Below are positions 28,377 to 39,652 of a stretch of 64,000 nt of DNA, in pieces. Within the stretch, counting starts at the first letter, position 1, and every line of letters begins with the position of its first letter. Source of the stretch: Candidatus Latescibacterota bacterium (GTDB lineage Bacteria; Latescibacterota; UBA2968; GCA-2709665); the NCBI GenBank assembly GCA_965222075.1, contig OZ244937.1, positions 1,664,001 to 1,728,000 of the forward strand. Direction: 5' to 3'. The notes under the pieces are model-generated. The model saw only the letters and a list, made by a program, of their open reading frames with translations. It was not told where the DNA came from and did no database searches. The translations under genes were made by a program, and so were the position numbers.

Positions 28377-29982
28377 CTACTCGCCAAAGTGCTGCGCAAA
28401 AATCACGAAATCCTGAAAATCGATCTCTCCGTCCCCATTCAAATCCGCGCGCTGGTCATACCCCTCCGCGTCCGGCTTTTTTCCAAATCCCCCGGCAAAG
28501 CTGACAAAGTCGGCAAAATTAACCCGTCCGTCGAAGTTGAGATCTCCCACGGGATCGGACGCGCGGGTGATGCCCTCATCCACCGAAATCGTATAGGAAT
28601 AGCGGAACCTTTTGCCCTCCAGAGAGGTCACGATCGGGACAAAGACCACCTGCTCGTAGCGCTGCACATCCGGAATTTCAACGCGGGAAGCATCCGACGC
28701 CCGGACCACCTCCACCCGATCGGAGATCAGCAGCACCAGGAGCGTCCACGTTGCGTCCCTATCCAGCATAAAAGCCCCTCGCAGTCCCCCGGAGAGGCCC
28801 TTTGGGAGACACCCGGATATAATTGGCCGCCAGGTGATCCACGTTGCCGTACCGCACTCCCGGACCGGGCACAGCGGTGGTCGCTCCAACTTCGGGATAG
28901 TTGCCCGCCTCGGGGTAATATCCCGGCCGCGCCCGTATGTTCGTCAAATAGTTCCACACCGCAAACCCGGGAAACACCGCGGCAAACCCGCCCGCGGGCA
29001 TCCCGGCATCGTAGTGTTCCAGACCGGCATCCGAAGGCTTGCGCTCCTTCAAAACCTCCCACGACCTCCGAATGGACGCCTCCCCGTAGACCTTCGACAG
29101 GTAGTGCGCATAGACCGACGCCCCAAACTTGTGCAGGCCGTCGGATTGATCCAGCGAGACCCCCGGAAATTGGAAGAACTCAGGGATGTACTGGTAGTAG
29201 TCGTTCACATCGGTATAGGCCACATCCTCCATCCACGTGCTCGTCAGCTCGTGCCACCATCCCCCCGACGTGTGGAAATCGTTGTAATAGCCAAACTGAA
29301 CCGCGTGGTAAAATTCGTGCGCCGCCGTCACATGCAGCCCATCCAGCCCCCTCGTTTCGTAGATGGTTTCCGTATAATTGTTGTCGATCTCCACATAGCT
29401 GGCCGAGGCATAACGCCCGGTGGAAACATCCGGATAGGTGAACCCGTAGATCCCCTGGACGCCAAAATTGCGGATATAAATATCGTACACGCCGTCTCCA
29501 TCCGACGGCGGGGGATCATACCTCATCCGGCCGATCTGCAGATCCCGGACGTCTTCGAACGTCCGGCCCACCTCGTCCACATAATCCGGCACACCGTTCC
29601 GGTCCGCATCAACGGGGGCCACCGCATGGCCGCCGGTCCGGTTGTAGTGAATCCGGAAACGCCCCTTTGGAGACATCACGCTGTCCGATGCAGCCGGCCG
29701 CTGGAAAAGGGTGGCAAACGCCTCACGGGTCGTTTTGCTCAACCGGTGCCAGTTGGAAGCCAGGGCCATCACCACGGGCGTCCCGCACACCGCCCGGCCG
29801 GGGATATAGGGACTCCCCGGCGGAAGCGCCTCCCGGTTGAACAGGCCGCAGGCCCGTAAGAAAAGCGTGTGCTCCACCTCCCTGGGCAGGGGAGACAAAT
29901 CGGGCGGTGCCTGCGCATCCAGCCGGGCACCGCCTCCGGATAGAATCAGTACCGATATGATGATGGTCCGGTGTCTTCTCAT
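28377..29982 (-). pseudogene. Secreted metalloprotease (MXAN_6640-like) with a dockerin/EF-hand tail, split by a +1 frameshift near 28800
   Basis: DADRNGVPDYVD and TAAHEFYHAVQ in 28759..29982; GDLNFDGRVNFADF/ADLNGDGEIDFQDF in 28377..28889; the frames join at CCCAAAGGG. Confidence 0.75.
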
Positions 29983-29989
29983 TGCCCTT

Positions 29990-30673
29990 TTATGTCGTCT
30001 CTCCGGCCAACGTCACATAAATGTGGTCTGCCACCTCCAGACCCAGGAAATGCTCCGACTCCCGGTCCACCCTCACCAGCAAGGGCCCGTTAAAAGGCAC
30101 CCGCTCCTTCACCTTCACCTCTACACCGGGCCTCAACCCCAGGGACGCCATGTAGCGAAGCATTTCCGAACTCTGATCGCTCACCTGCTGGATCGTGACG
30201 GTCTGACCCGCCTTGATCTTGGAAAGCAGCTGGTCGTTTCCCTGCTTGATATCCCCGTCCTTGGTCGGAATCGGCGCCCCGTGCGGATCGATGGTGGGAT
30301 ACCCCAGCACCTTGTCGATCCGGTCCTCGAACTCCTCGGAGATCACATGCTCAAGCCGGTCCGCTTCGGCGTCCACTTCGTCCCACCGGTATCCGAGGGC
30401 ATCGGCCAGATAGAGCTCCAGCAACCGGTGGTGGCGGATAATCTCCAGGGCAATCGCCTCTCCCGCCGGCGTCAGCTCTACCCCCTGATACGGCGTATGC
30501 CGCACCAGCTTGATCTCGGCGAGTTTCTTCACCATATTCGTGACCGAAGCCGCCGCAACGTTCATCACCTCCGAAATCGTGGAGGTATGCACGGAAGGGA
30601 CCGGGTTGCGCCCCTTCTGAAGCTTATAGATCTCCTTCAAATAATCCTGTACCGCCTGGCTGAGCATGGCCAT
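29990..30673 (-). CDS. DtxR/MntR-family metal-dependent repressor with a FeoA-like domain
   Basis: QDYLKEIY, RHHRLLELYL, EADRLEH, PTIDPHGAPIP. Confidence 0.92.
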   Translation of the reverse strand: MAMLSQAVQDYLKEIYKLQKGRNPVPSVHTSTISEVMNVAAASVTNMVKKLAEIKLVRHTPYQGVELTPAGEAIALEIIRHHRLLELYLADALGYRWDEVDAEADRLEHVISEEFEDRIDKVLGYPTIDPHGAPIPTKDGDIKQGNDQLLSKIKAGQTVTIQQVSDQSSEMLRYMASLGLRPGVEVKVKERVPFNGPLLVRVDRESEHFLGLEVADHIYVTLAGETT

Positions 30674-30766
30674 ACCGAATGCTCCGGATCGCTGAGAAAC
30701 GGAAACCGGGGCAAAAATAACAAGAAAATGCCTTCCGGGCAAGCGAAACCTGGCGAAAGCAGCCCC

Positions 30767-32194
30767 TCAACCGGACAGCAACCACCAGACCTGAGCCACC
30801 AGGAAACAGAGGACAAACCCCATCCCCACGGGCAGCAGCGAAGAAATCGTCGTCCACTTTGCGCTGCGGGTCTCCTTCCAGATCGTGTAAATGGTGGTGG
30901 AACAGGGGTTGTGGACCAGGCTGAAGAGCATCAGGTTGACCGCCGTAAGCAGGGTCCACCCCCCGGCCTGAAAGATCGCGGCTGTGGCCGTTTCGGACTC
31001 CAGTTCGAACATCACCCCCGCGCCTTCGCCCATGCCGGCCATGCCGGCGCTCAACACCGTCAGCATCAGGATGGTTGGAATGACAATCTCGTTTGCGGGG
31101 ATGGCAATCACATAGGCCAGCAGAATCACGCCGTTCAGACCGATCAGCAGCGCAAACGGATGGGTGCCGTTGATGAAGTGCTCGGCCAGGCTGACGCCCC
31201 CCATCTGGATATTGGAAATCAGCCAGATGACGGCCCCGGCAGGCATCGCGAAAATCACCGCCCGCCACAGCACAATAAGCGTGCGGTCGATCACCGAAGT
31301 GTAGATCGTCTGAAGGATGCGGGGCGGGCGGTAAGGCGGAAGCTCCAGGCTGAACGCCGAGGCCTCACCCTTCAGGATCGTGTGCGAAAGCCCCCAGGAA
31401 ACGACAAAGGAGAGGACCACGCCCAGGACCGCTACCCCCACCACAGCCCCCGCCGAGACCAGCCCCGCCAGGTGCGCGGGCGCCAGCCCGCCGATAAAGA
31501 TGGTGGCCACCAGGATCTGGGTGGGCCAGCGCCCGTTGCAAAGCGCGAAATTGTTCGTAATAATGGCAATCAACCGCTCCCTGGGGCTGTCGATCACACG
31601 GGTGGAAACAATGGCGGCCGCGTTGCACCCAAACCCCATGCTCATCGTAAGCGCCTGCTTACCGTGCGCGCCCGCCTTTTTGAACAGATTATCCAGGTTG
31701 AACGCCACCCGGGGCAGGTACCCGAAATCCTCCAACAGGGTAAAAAGCGGAAAGAAGATCGCCATCGGCGGAAGCATCACGCTCACGACCCAGGCCATGG
31801 CCAGGTAGACCCCGTCCAGCAGAAAGCCGTCCAGCCACCAGGGCATTCCGATGCCCGCGGCAACCCCCTTCAGCACGGGATGAACCGTATCCAGCAGCAG
31901 GGTCGCCAGCATGCTCGACGGCACATTGGCGCCTGCAATGGTCAACCAGAACACCACCATCAGCATCAGCAGCATAATCGGAAACCCCAGCCAGCGGCTT
32001 GTTACCAGCCGATCGATGGTGCGGTCCAGGTCGAAGCGGGGCTTCGCTCCGCTGCGGGTGACGGACCGGTCCGCAATCCGGGTGGCGTCTGTGTAGATGG
32101 CCTCCATCAGCGAATCGTGAAAATTGGGACCGGCCTCCCAGCGCAGGGAGGATGCGGCGGAGAGCACGTCGTCGGGCATTGTTTTAGCGTTCAT
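30767..32194 (-). CDS. feoB: FeoB membrane (gate) domain of a split FeoB
   Basis: [34 protein letters not shown]; ATGA overlap with the upstream GTPase gene. Confidence 0.88.
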   Translation of the reverse strand: MNAKTMPDDVLSAASSLRWEAGPNFHDSLMEAIYTDATRIADRSVTRSGAKPRFDLDRTIDRLVTSRWLGFPIMLLMLMVVFWLTIAGANVPSSMLATLLLDTVHPVLKGVAAGIGMPWWLDGFLLDGVYLAMAWVVSVMLPPMAIFFPLFTLLEDFGYLPRVAFNLDNLFKKAGAHGKQALTMSMGFGCNAAAIVSTRVIDSPRERLIAIITNNFALCNGRWPTQILVATIFIGGLAPAHLAGLVSAGAVVGVAVLGVVLSFVVSWGLSHTILKGEASAFSLELPPYRPPRILQTIYTSVIDRTLIVLWRAVIFAMPAGAVIWLISNIQMGGVSLAEHFINGTHPFALLIGLNGVILLAYVIAIPANEIVIPTILMLTVLSAGMAGMGEGAGVMFELESETATAAIFQAGGWTLLTAVNLMLFSLVHNPCSTTIYTIWKETRSAKWTTISSLLPVGMGFVLCFLVAQVWWLLSG

Positions 32195-33006
32195 AACACC
32201 TCCTGGAGCGGAGTCTCGGCCTGAGACCCCTGGTTCAGGTCGCCCAATTCCCCCGATCGAACCGCTTCGATCATCCGTTTGTCGCCTTCCAACAGGCGCA
32301 GCGCCACCCAGCGTGCATTTGGCAGCCCGGGAAAGGCCGACTCGAGCTTGTCCACAAGCTGGCTGACCGCGCGTTTCAGCGCGGGCGGCTCGCTTTTTAT
32401 TCGGTGCGGCTTGCACACCACCTGGCCGTTGGCCACCTCGCTGATGGCCTGGATCAACAGCGGAACACCCTCACCCTGGCGGGCCGCGGTGGGCACCACC
32501 GGCACCCCCAGGTCCCGCGCCAGGCGGCGGTCGTCTACCGCCAGGCCGTGCCGTTTGGCCTCATCCATCAAATTGAGGCAGACCACCGCCTGGTCGGTAA
32601 TCTCCAAAACCTGAAAAACCAGGTTCAGATTGCGCTCCAGGCGGGTGCTGTCCACCACGATAACGGTCACGTCGGGCCGGCCGAACAGGATAAAATCACG
32701 GGCGATCTCTTCGTCGTAGCTGGCCGACAGCAGCGAGTAGGTACCCGGAAGGTCCACCAGCTTATAGCGGTATTCACCGTAGGCGAACCCGCCCTCGGCC
32801 CGGGTAACCGTCTTGCCGGGCCAGTTGCCCGTATGCTGCCGCAGCCCGGTCAGGCTGTTGAACACCGTACTCTTCCCGGTATTCGGATTGCCGGCCAGCA
32901 CGACCACATAATCCCAGTTGGCCATATTGATGCCCAGCCTGGTTAGATTTCCGGCGTGATGCGTCGGACAAGTTTCACAAACCGTTGTCGCATTCTCTCT
33001 GTCCAT
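32191..33006 (-). CDS. feoB: FeoB GTPase domain of a split FeoB
   Basis: [25 protein letters not shown]. Confidence 0.9.
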   Translation of the reverse strand: MDRENATTVCETCPTHHAGNLTRLGINMANWDYVVVLAGNPNTGKSTVFNSLTGLRQHTGNWPGKTVTRAEGGFAYGEYRYKLVDLPGTYSLLSASYDEEIARDFILFGRPDVTVIVVDSTRLERNLNLVFQVLEITDQAVVCLNLMDEAKRHGLAVDDRRLARDLGVPVVPTAARQGEGVPLLIQAISEVANGQVVCKPHRIKSEPPALKRAVSQLVDKLESAFPGLPNARWVALRLLEGDKRMIEAVRSGELGDLNQGSQAETPLQEVL

Positions 33007-34034
33007 CAGGCTGCCTCCATCTGTCGGGTAATATGAATCTGGTTGGCCTGTTCTTTGCGCAGCGCAATCACGCTGTCCCGAACCCGGTACGCGGTCGGAT
33101 CACCGGTCGGGCTCTTCATCTCAACCTCGATCCGCGTGCCGGGCAAAATGCCCAGGTCCATCAGCCGGCGGCGCTCCAGCCCCCGACAGCTCCGGGAAAG
33201 GCGGATCACCCGGGCCGTCTCTCCCGGTTTCAACCCGGACAAAGGCGCATAGGGCGCCTCCTTCTCCTGTTCCTCCGGCACGGGAATAACCGAAATATTG
33301 GCGGCCAGGACCGGAGCCAGCACGTGTTCCTCCCCATCGGCCCAGAATCGAATGCGCCGGGGCGAGATGCCGGTGATCTCCACGCGCATCCCCAGGTTCA
33401 GCCCCTCGGCAACCAGCTGAGCGAAAACCGCCTCCGGCTCGTCTTCGATATGCACAATCGTCGCTGCCTTTGCCACGGGAAGGGCCGTAAGGGGCTGGCC
33501 CTGCCTGGGGGCGATTTCTCCGGACGCGGTGGGAATCGGATCCCCGTGGGGATCGTAGCCCGGGTGTCCCATCTGTTCGTCCAGGCGATCGGTTTCTTCG
33601 GGAGACAGATCGTGCTCCCGGTATTCCGCCTCACTGTGCCAGTCGGCTTCGGCCAGGCCGGTCTCCTCGGCCAGATAGTGCTCCCAGAGCCGGTGCACGC
33701 GAAGCATGCGCAGCGCATAGGTGCGCCCATCGGGAGTAAGATGCAGCCCGCCCCCCTCCGACTTCAACAGCCTCAGTGCCTCAATGCGCACGAGCAGGTC
33801 GGCCGTCTGATTCCCCGTAATACCCAGCGCCCCCGCCAGGCTCTCCACCGTGCACGCCTGTTTCCGGTATTCACAGTCGTACAGGTGTTTCAGGGCATCT
33901 TCAATCAAAACCCGTTCGGTTATGCTCCGCACCCGCTGCCAGCGCCAGAACGCGCCGCGCTTGGGCCAGAACATCCTCTCCCCTGCCAACAGAACCAGGG
34001 CAGCCACAAGCAGTGCAGTGACCGGGTCAACCAT
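33006..34034 (-). CDS. DtxR-FeoA fusion with an N-terminal hydrophobic segment
   Basis: EDALKHL, HRLWEHYL, EAEYREH, DPHGDPIP, then RRLMDLGILPG..SPTGDPTAY FeoA. Confidence 0.85.
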   Translation of the reverse strand: MVDPVTALLVAALVLLAGERMFWPKRGAFWRWQRVRSITERVLIEDALKHLYDCEYRKQACTVESLAGALGITGNQTADLLVRIEALRLLKSEGGGLHLTPDGRTYALRMLRVHRLWEHYLAEETGLAEADWHSEAEYREHDLSPEETDRLDEQMGHPGYDPHGDPIPTASGEIAPRQGQPLTALPVAKAATIVHIEDEPEAVFAQLVAEGLNLGMRVEITGISPRRIRFWADGEEHVLAPVLAANISVIPVPEEQEKEAPYAPLSGLKPGETARVIRLSRSCRGLERRRLMDLGILPGTRIEVEMKSPTGDPTAYRVRDSVIALRKEQANQIHITRQMEAA

Positions 34035-34073
34035 CCTGATCCCCCTTTCAGAATTTTTATAAAACAAATAATA

Positions 34074-34117
34074 ATTTTAGCCATAGCTAAAATATACAAA
34101 ACAAGCTGTACTGTCAA
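34074..34117 (-). promoter_or_regulatory. Promoter with an overlapping DtxR-like palindromic operator
   Basis: TTGACA 34117-34112, 17 bp, TATTTT; ATTTTAGC-cata-GCTAAAAT at 34074-34093. Confidence 0.7.
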
Positions 34118-34139
34118 GTAAGATTTTCCAAAATACCCC

Positions 34140-34189
34140 TTGACATTCTATTTGAAATATTATATTATCAATTGAACAGAAGTTCAATT
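34140..34189 (+). promoter_or_regulatory. Promoter with an ArsR/SmtB-like operator
   Basis: TTGACA 34140, 17 bp, TATTAT 34163; AATTGAAC-agaa-GTTCAATT at 34170-34189. Confidence 0.75.
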
Positions 34190-34209
34190 ATTAAAGGAGA
34201 CAATACCCT

Positions 34210-34581
34210 GTGACAAGCGCAACAGAAACCACAGTCCCGGACATCTGCGAAGACCGCATCATCGACCGGGAAAAGGTCCGGCGGGCGGCGCAGGCCCTGC
34301 CCACCCAGAGGGTTTTAAACGGCCTGGCCGAAACCTTCAAAGTCCTGAGCAACCCCAGCCGGCTGAAAATCATCCACGCCCTCTCCGGAGACGAACTCTG
34401 CGTCTGCGACCTGGCAGCCCTTCTGGGCAGCACCGATTCCGCCGTGAGCCACCAGCTCCGCATCCTGCGCAGCATGCGCCTGGTCAAATACCGCCGCGAA
34501 GGCAAACTCGCCTACTACTCACTGGACGACCAGCACGTCCGCCAGCTCTTTGAGGCGGGGCTGGAGCATCTGATAGAATAG
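34210..34581 (+). CDS. ArsR/SmtB (CadC-like) metalloregulator
   Basis: FKVLSNPSRLKI, ELCVCDL, SAVSHQLR, YYSLDDQHV. Confidence 0.93.
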   Translation: MTSATETTVPDICEDRIIDREKVRRAAQALPTQRVLNGLAETFKVLSNPSRLKIIHALSGDELCVCDLAALLGSTDSAVSHQLRILRSMRLVKYRREGKLAYYSLDDQHVRQLFEAGLEHLIE

Positions 34582-34610
34582 GGAGTCACGCGTCTTTACG
34601 AGGCCAACCT

Positions 34611-36737
34611 ATGGGAGTCAGGGAAAAAGGGTCTACCAAAGTCTACGCCATCCCGGACATGGAATGCGCTGGATGTGCGGCCAAGGTGGAACGCGCCATC
34701 CGGGGTCTGGACGGTGTTCTGGAGGTCTCAACCAGTGTGATGGCGCAACGGGTAACGGTGCACTATATCCAGGGCGTTGTAGATACACGGCAGATGTCGT
34801 CGGCCATCCGGGATGCGGGCTACACCGTGGGAGAAGGTACTCCCGGCAAACCCTCCTTCCGGAAGGACCGGGAAAAGGTCCTCACCCTTCTGTCGGGCCT
34901 CTTCTTCGCCCTCGGGCTGGCTGCCCGGTGGGGCTGGCCGGAAGTGGCGCTCTGGCAGGGACACATCGGGCTTTCGGGCCTGCTCTTTCTGATCTCGGCC
35001 CTCCTGGGAGGCTTCAACTTTTTCCCCGCCGGAATCCGGGCGCTTCGCACGTTCTCCCTGGACATGGACTTCCTGATGACCGCCGCCATCTTCGGCGCAG
35101 CCGTCATCGGAGAATACCTGGAAGCCGCCGCGATTGCCTTCCTCTTCTCCACGGCCGAACTCCTGGAAGGTTATGCCATCGACCGGGCGCGGCATTCGCT
35201 TCGGACCCTGATGGAACTGGCACCCGATACCGCCACGGTTCGGCGCAACGGCCGGGAAGTCACCGTACCAATAGAAGGTGTGCAACCCGACGAACGGGTG
35301 GTCGTGCGCCCCGGAGAAAAGATCCCCGTGGACGGCGAGGTCGTCGAGGGGGTCTCCGCCGTGGACCAGTCCCCCATCACCGGCGAGTCCATGCCGGTTA
35401 CCAAGCAGGCGGGCGACGAGACCTTTGCCGGCACCATCAACCGGGAAGGCTACCTCGAAATCCGGACAACGCGGGGGGCGTCTGAAAGCACCCTCAGCCG
35501 CATCGTCCGGATGGTGGAAGAGGCCGAAGACCGTCGCGCGCCCAGTGAGCAGTTCGTGCGGAAGTTCGCCCGCTACTATACACCTGCGGTAACCCTCCTG
35601 GCCCTTGTCGTCATCCTGCTTCCCCCGCTCGTCTTCGGGGCGTCCTTCGACACGTGGTTTCTCCGGGGGTTAACCCTGCTGGTCATCGCCTGCCCCTGTG
35701 CGCTGGTCATCTCCACGCCCGTGGCCGTCGTCAGCGGCATCACCAGCGCCGCCCGCAACGGCGTCCTCATCAAAGGCGGCAACCACCTGGAAGCCCTCGG
35801 CGAGGTCCGGGCCGTGGCCTTCGACAAGACCGGCACCCTCACCCACGGCAACCCCGAAGTCACGGACATCGTGTCGTTCAACGGCCAGCCGGAAGCCGAG
35901 GTCCTCCGCATCGCCGCGGCCCTCGAACGGCGGTCGCAGCACCCCATTGCCGGGGCCATCCTCAAACGGGCCGAGGGCCTTACCCTCCCCGACGTCTCAG
36001 GATTCGAGTCCATCACCGGCCAGGGCGTACGCGCCCGCATCGATCACATCGCCTACCTGGCGGGAAAACCCGACCTCTTCCCCATACCGGCGCCCGAAGC
36101 GGTGGGCCGGCTCAACCGGGAGGGCAAAACAACCGTCCTCGTGGGCACGGACTCCGAACTCATCGGCGCCCTTGCCGTTGCCGATACCGTCCGTCAAAAC
36201 GCCGGGGAGACGGTTCGGGCGCTCCATCAAAGCGGCATCCAGCGGGTGGTCATGTTAACGGGAGACAACGAGGCAACGGCAAGGGCTATTGCGGGAGAGC
36301 TGGGCGTGGACGAATGGCAGGCGGGTCTGCTCCCCGAACAGAAGGTCGAAGCAGTCCGGGAGCTTCGCCGCAGGTATGGTCAAACCGCGATGGTCGGCGA
36401 CGGGGTAAACGACGCCCCGGCGCTTGCAATAGCATCTGTGGGCATTGCAATGGGCGCGGCCGGCACCGATACCGCACTGGAGACCGCCGACGTCGCGCTT
36501 ATGGCCGATGACCTGTCCAAACTCCCCTACCTCTTCCGGCTTTCCCGCACCTCAAGGCGTGTGATCCGGCAGAACGTCTGGACCTCGATCCTGGTCAAAT
36601 TCATCCTGGCCGCCGGCGTCTTCCCCGGCCTGGTTTCCTTAGTCGCCGCCGTCCTGGCGGGCGATATGGGCACCTCGCTTGGTGTTACGGGAAACGCCCT
36701 CCGCCTGGCGCGCGTCCGCCCTTTGGAGGTGCGCTGA
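34611..36737 (+). CDS. cadA: Heavy-metal P1B-type ATPase (CadA/ZntA-like)
   Basis: MECAGC HMA domain, TGES, CPCAL, DKTGT, HP, GDGVNDAP. Confidence 0.93.
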   Translation: MGVREKGSTKVYAIPDMECAGCAAKVERAIRGLDGVLEVSTSVMAQRVTVHYIQGVVDTRQMSSAIRDAGYTVGEGTPGKPSFRKDREKVLTLLSGLFFALGLAARWGWPEVALWQGHIGLSGLLFLISALLGGFNFFPAGIRALRTFSLDMDFLMTAAIFGAAVIGEYLEAAAIAFLFSTAELLEGYAIDRARHSLRTLMELAPDTATVRRNGREVTVPIEGVQPDERVVVRPGEKIPVDGEVVEGVSAVDQSPITGESMPVTKQAGDETFAGTINREGYLEIRTTRGASESTLSRIVRMVEEAEDRRAPSEQFVRKFARYYTPAVTLLALVVILLPPLVFGASFDTWFLRGLTLLVIACPCALVISTPVAVVSGITSAARNGVLIKGGNHLEALGEVRAVAFDKTGTLTHGNPEVTDIVSFNGQPEAEVLRIAAALERRSQHPIAGAILKRAEGLTLPDVSGFESITGQGVRARIDHIAYLAGKPDLFPIPAPEAVGRLNREGKTTVLVGTDSELIGALAVADTVRQNAGETVRALHQSGIQRVVMLTGDNEATARAIAGELGVDEWQAGLLPEQKVEAVRELRRRYGQTAMVGDGVNDAPALAIASVGIAMGAAGTDTALETADVALMADDLSKLPYLFRLSRTSRRVIRQNVWTSILVKFILAAGVFPGLVSLVAAVLAGDMGTSLGVTGNALRLARVRPLEVR

Positions 36738-36755
36738 CCCCCTGAAGCAGAAAAC

Positions 36756-36790
36756 AAAAAGCCCCGGAGGAAAGTCCTCCAGGGCCTTTT
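36756..36790. terminator. Bidirectional intrinsic terminator between convergent operons
   Basis: AAAAA-GCCCCGGAGGA-aag-TCCTCCAGGGC-CTTTT. Confidence 0.65.
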
Positions 36791-36830
36791 CCATAGGGGG
36801 CAGGGGGCGCTCAACGGAGCGCCCTTTCCT

Positions 36831-37016
36831 CTATCCCCCAATCCGGAGCAGGTCTTCCGGGGGGGCCGAAAGCGTTTCCCCTTTGCACCCCTTGCTCCCA
36901 CATCCACCGCCGCACGCACCCCCCTGCCCTGACAAAAAGGGCCGGATAAACTGCCCCAACACCCACACGCCGCATACCAGCGCCACAAAAATCGCCAGAA
37001 TCGACTGCCAGTCCAT
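36831..37016 (-). CDS. FeoB-associated Cys-rich membrane protein
   Basis: Transmembrane helix then CGGGCGSKGC, directly after feoB. Confidence 0.75.
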   Translation of the reverse strand: MDWQSILAIFVALVCGVWVLGQFIRPFLSGQGGACGGGCGSKGCKGETLSAPPEDLLRIGG

Positions 37017-37017
37017 C

Positions 37018-39291
37018 CTACCCTCCCCACCCCAGGGCCGTCGTGGCCTGGTAAGTGACCCATGCGCCGATATAGGCCAGAAGGGTCATATACCCAAACG
37101 CGAACCCCGCCCACCCCCAGGACCGGGTCTCCCGCTGGATCACCGCCAGGGTGGCCGCGCACTGCGCGCACAGCGCAAAAAAGACCATAACCGAAAGGGC
37201 GACGGGAACCGTAAAAATCGGCCGCCCGTCGTCCCACGTCGCCGCCTGCAGGGCGTGCCGAAGTCCCTCCGAGGTCTCATCCACCCCGCTTCCCAGGCTG
37301 TAAATCGTCCCCAGGGACGCCACAACAATCTCCCGGGCCGGAAAAGAAGCAACCGCCGCCATCCCGATGCGCCAGTCCCAGCCGAGGGGGCGCACGACCG
37401 GTTCTATGAAGTGCCCGGCACGGCCCAGAAAACTCTGTTTCAGCAATTCGGAAGACATCCCGGCATCGATCGCGGCCAGTGCCTCTGCCTGCGCCTGCCC
37501 CGCATGGGTGCTCAAAATCTCCTCCTGCCGGGCCTCGTAATTTTCAACAATCCCCGCAGGACGGGGAAAATAGGCCAGCGCCCACATCACAATCGCCGCA
37601 GCCAGGATAATCCTTCCGGCGCGGGACAGAAACGCCTTGCTGCTCTGGTAGACCCGCATGCCCACCGTCTTGGGATCCGGCAGTTTGTAGGACGGAAGCT
37701 CCAGAACGAACGGCGAAGACGCCCCCTTCAGCAGCGTCTTCTTCAGCACCCATGCCACCGGCACCGCCACCCCGATGCCCACGCAGTACATCCCAAACAG
37801 CGTCAGCCCCTGCAGCCCGACCCACCCCCCCAGGAGCATGTGGTCCGGAATAAATGCCGCAATAAAAATGGTGTAAACCGGCAGCCGGGCCGAACAGCTC
37901 ATCAGGGGAGCCACCAGGATCGTCGTAAAACGGTCCCGCCTGTCTTCAATCGTCCGGGTCGCCATAATCCCCGGCACCGCACATGCAAAGCTGGACAGCA
38001 TCGGAATAAACGACTTCCCCGATAGCCCGCACCGGGTCAGCAGCCGATCCATCAAAAAGGCCGCCCGGGCCATATACCCGCCGTCTTCGAGAATCGCAAT
38101 AAAGAAGAAAAGAATGGCAATCTGCGGCAGAAAAATGACCACGCTCCCCACCCCGCCGATGACGCCGTCCACCACCAGACTTTTCAGCGCCCCCCCCGGC
38201 ATCGTCGCCCCCACCCAGGCGCCCAGCCCCCCGAACAGGCCGTCGATCCAGTCCATCAGCGGCCCTGCCCAGGTAAAGATCGACTGGAAGACCAGCCCCA
38301 TCATACCCACAAAGATCAGCGTCCCCAACACCCGGTGCGTCAGCACGCGGTCGAGGCGGTCTGAAAGGATCGTCTGCAGCCGTTCGGGCCGAACAAGACA
38401 GCCCGATATCACCTGGCTGATCCAGGCATACCGGGCTTCGGTCTCCAGCGCCGACAGGGGCGCCTTCGTGTGCACCTTTGAACGCACTTCCAAAAGCCGC
38501 CTGCCAAACGCCGGCCCCTGCGCTTCAACCAACCGCTGTTCGGCATAGCCCCCTTCGTCCACCAGCGCCCGAAAAGCCTCGACCTCGGAGAGCTTCCGAA
38601 CGCGCCCATCCCAGGAGAGCTCCACATCCTGAGCAAGCGTCCTGACCTGACGCCCCAGGGATTCCGGAAAGCGGGGCAGTCCCGCCGGTTCGGCGCTCCG
38701 TTCGCCTGAGACCACATCGGCGATGGCCCTGCGCAGGTCGTCCAGCCCCCGGTGCCGGTTCGCGCAGGTCGGAACCACCGGAACCCCGATCCGCTGAGAA
38801 AGCATCGCCGCATCGATCCGGACGCGCCTGGACGCGGCCACGTCCACCATATTCAACGCAATCACCACCGGCAGGCCCAGTTCCAGAACCTGCGAAACCA
38901 GATAGAGGTTCCGCTGCAGATTGCTGGCATCCACAATCGCCAGCACTACGCTTACCGGGGCCTCGCCCTCCACCTGGCCCATCAGCACATCGGCCACAAT
39001 CATCTCGTCCGGCGAATGCGCCGCCAGGCTGTACGCGCCGGGCAGGTCCAGCAAATCGACCTCCAGGCCGCCCCTCAGCTTCAACCGCCCGACCTTCCGC
39101 TCGACCGTCACGCCCGGATAGTTTCCAACGCGCTGAGAAAGCCCGGTCAGAGCATTAAAAAGCGTCGTCTTACCCGTATTCGGGTTGCCGACCAGGGCAA
39201 CGGTTTGAACCCCCGCACCCGGCGCCTGCCTGCGCAGCGTAGTGCGCTGCAGGCAGGGCTGAATATCGTCCGTCCGTATCTGTGTGGACAT
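37018..39291 (-). CDS. feoB: Ferrous iron transporter FeoB (full length)
   Basis: GNPNTGKT, GNYPGVTV, LEDGGYMARAAF, MSCSARLPVY, CAQC. Confidence 0.96.
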   Translation of the reverse strand: MSTQIRTDDIQPCLQRTTLRRQAPGAGVQTVALVGNPNTGKTTLFNALTGLSQRVGNYPGVTVERKVGRLKLRGGLEVDLLDLPGAYSLAAHSPDEMIVADVLMGQVEGEAPVSVVLAIVDASNLQRNLYLVSQVLELGLPVVIALNMVDVAASRRVRIDAAMLSQRIGVPVVPTCANRHRGLDDLRRAIADVVSGERSAEPAGLPRFPESLGRQVRTLAQDVELSWDGRVRKLSEVEAFRALVDEGGYAEQRLVEAQGPAFGRRLLEVRSKVHTKAPLSALETEARYAWISQVISGCLVRPERLQTILSDRLDRVLTHRVLGTLIFVGMMGLVFQSIFTWAGPLMDWIDGLFGGLGAWVGATMPGGALKSLVVDGVIGGVGSVVIFLPQIAILFFFIAILEDGGYMARAAFLMDRLLTRCGLSGKSFIPMLSSFACAVPGIMATRTIEDRRDRFTTILVAPLMSCSARLPVYTIFIAAFIPDHMLLGGWVGLQGLTLFGMYCVGIGVAVPVAWVLKKTLLKGASSPFVLELPSYKLPDPKTVGMRVYQSSKAFLSRAGRIILAAAIVMWALAYFPRPAGIVENYEARQEEILSTHAGQAQAEALAAIDAGMSSELLKQSFLGRAGHFIEPVVRPLGWDWRIGMAAVASFPAREIVVASLGTIYSLGSGVDETSEGLRHALQAATWDDGRPIFTVPVALSVMVFFALCAQCAATLAVIQRETRSWGWAGFAFGYMTLLAYIGAWVTYQATTALGWGG

Positions 39292-39295
39292 CTCT

Positions 39296-39613
39296 CTACA
39301 CCGAACGCACCCGAATCGCGTCGGCGTCTCGCCTCCGGACGCAGAACCGCCCCTCTTCCAACTGGATCACGGTTGGACACCCGGCGCGCAGCACCCGTAC
39401 CCGCGCCCCCGGCACCGCCCCCATTTCCCTCAGCCGGGCCGTCAGGCAACAGGTTCCGGCCACCTCCACGATCTCCCCCTCGTCCCCCTCAGGCCACGCG
39501 GCCAGAGGCCCTTCCGCGGGCCGGTCCCGCCTTCCCGGCTCCGCCGCCCCGTTCCGGCCCCAGAGGAACCGCAGCGTCAGCCAGCCGGCCAGCACTATAA
39601 AACGCTCGGCCAT
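39296..39613 (-). CDS. feoA: FeoA
   Basis: RLREMGAVPGARVRVLRAGCP; upstream of feoB. Confidence 0.8.
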   Translation of the reverse strand: MAERFIVLAGWLTLRFLWGRNGAAEPGRRDRPAEGPLAAWPEGDEGEIVEVAGTCCLTARLREMGAVPGARVRVLRAGCPTVIQLEEGRFCVRRRDADAIRVRSV

Positions 39614-39652
39614 GCCTCAATCTCCCTCCGGAATCCTGTCCCCGGCGTCCTC

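Noticed and set aside
29837-32224. 795-aa plus-strand ORF (likewise 3065..4702, 24722..26269, 51088..52404 and similar)
   Set aside because: Antisense shadows of well-supported genes in GC-rich DNA; no recognisable motifs
30767-33006. Split feoB as a frameshift pseudogene
   Set aside because: The second part has its own AGGAGG RBS and an ATGA overlap, consistent with a naturally two-gene FeoB
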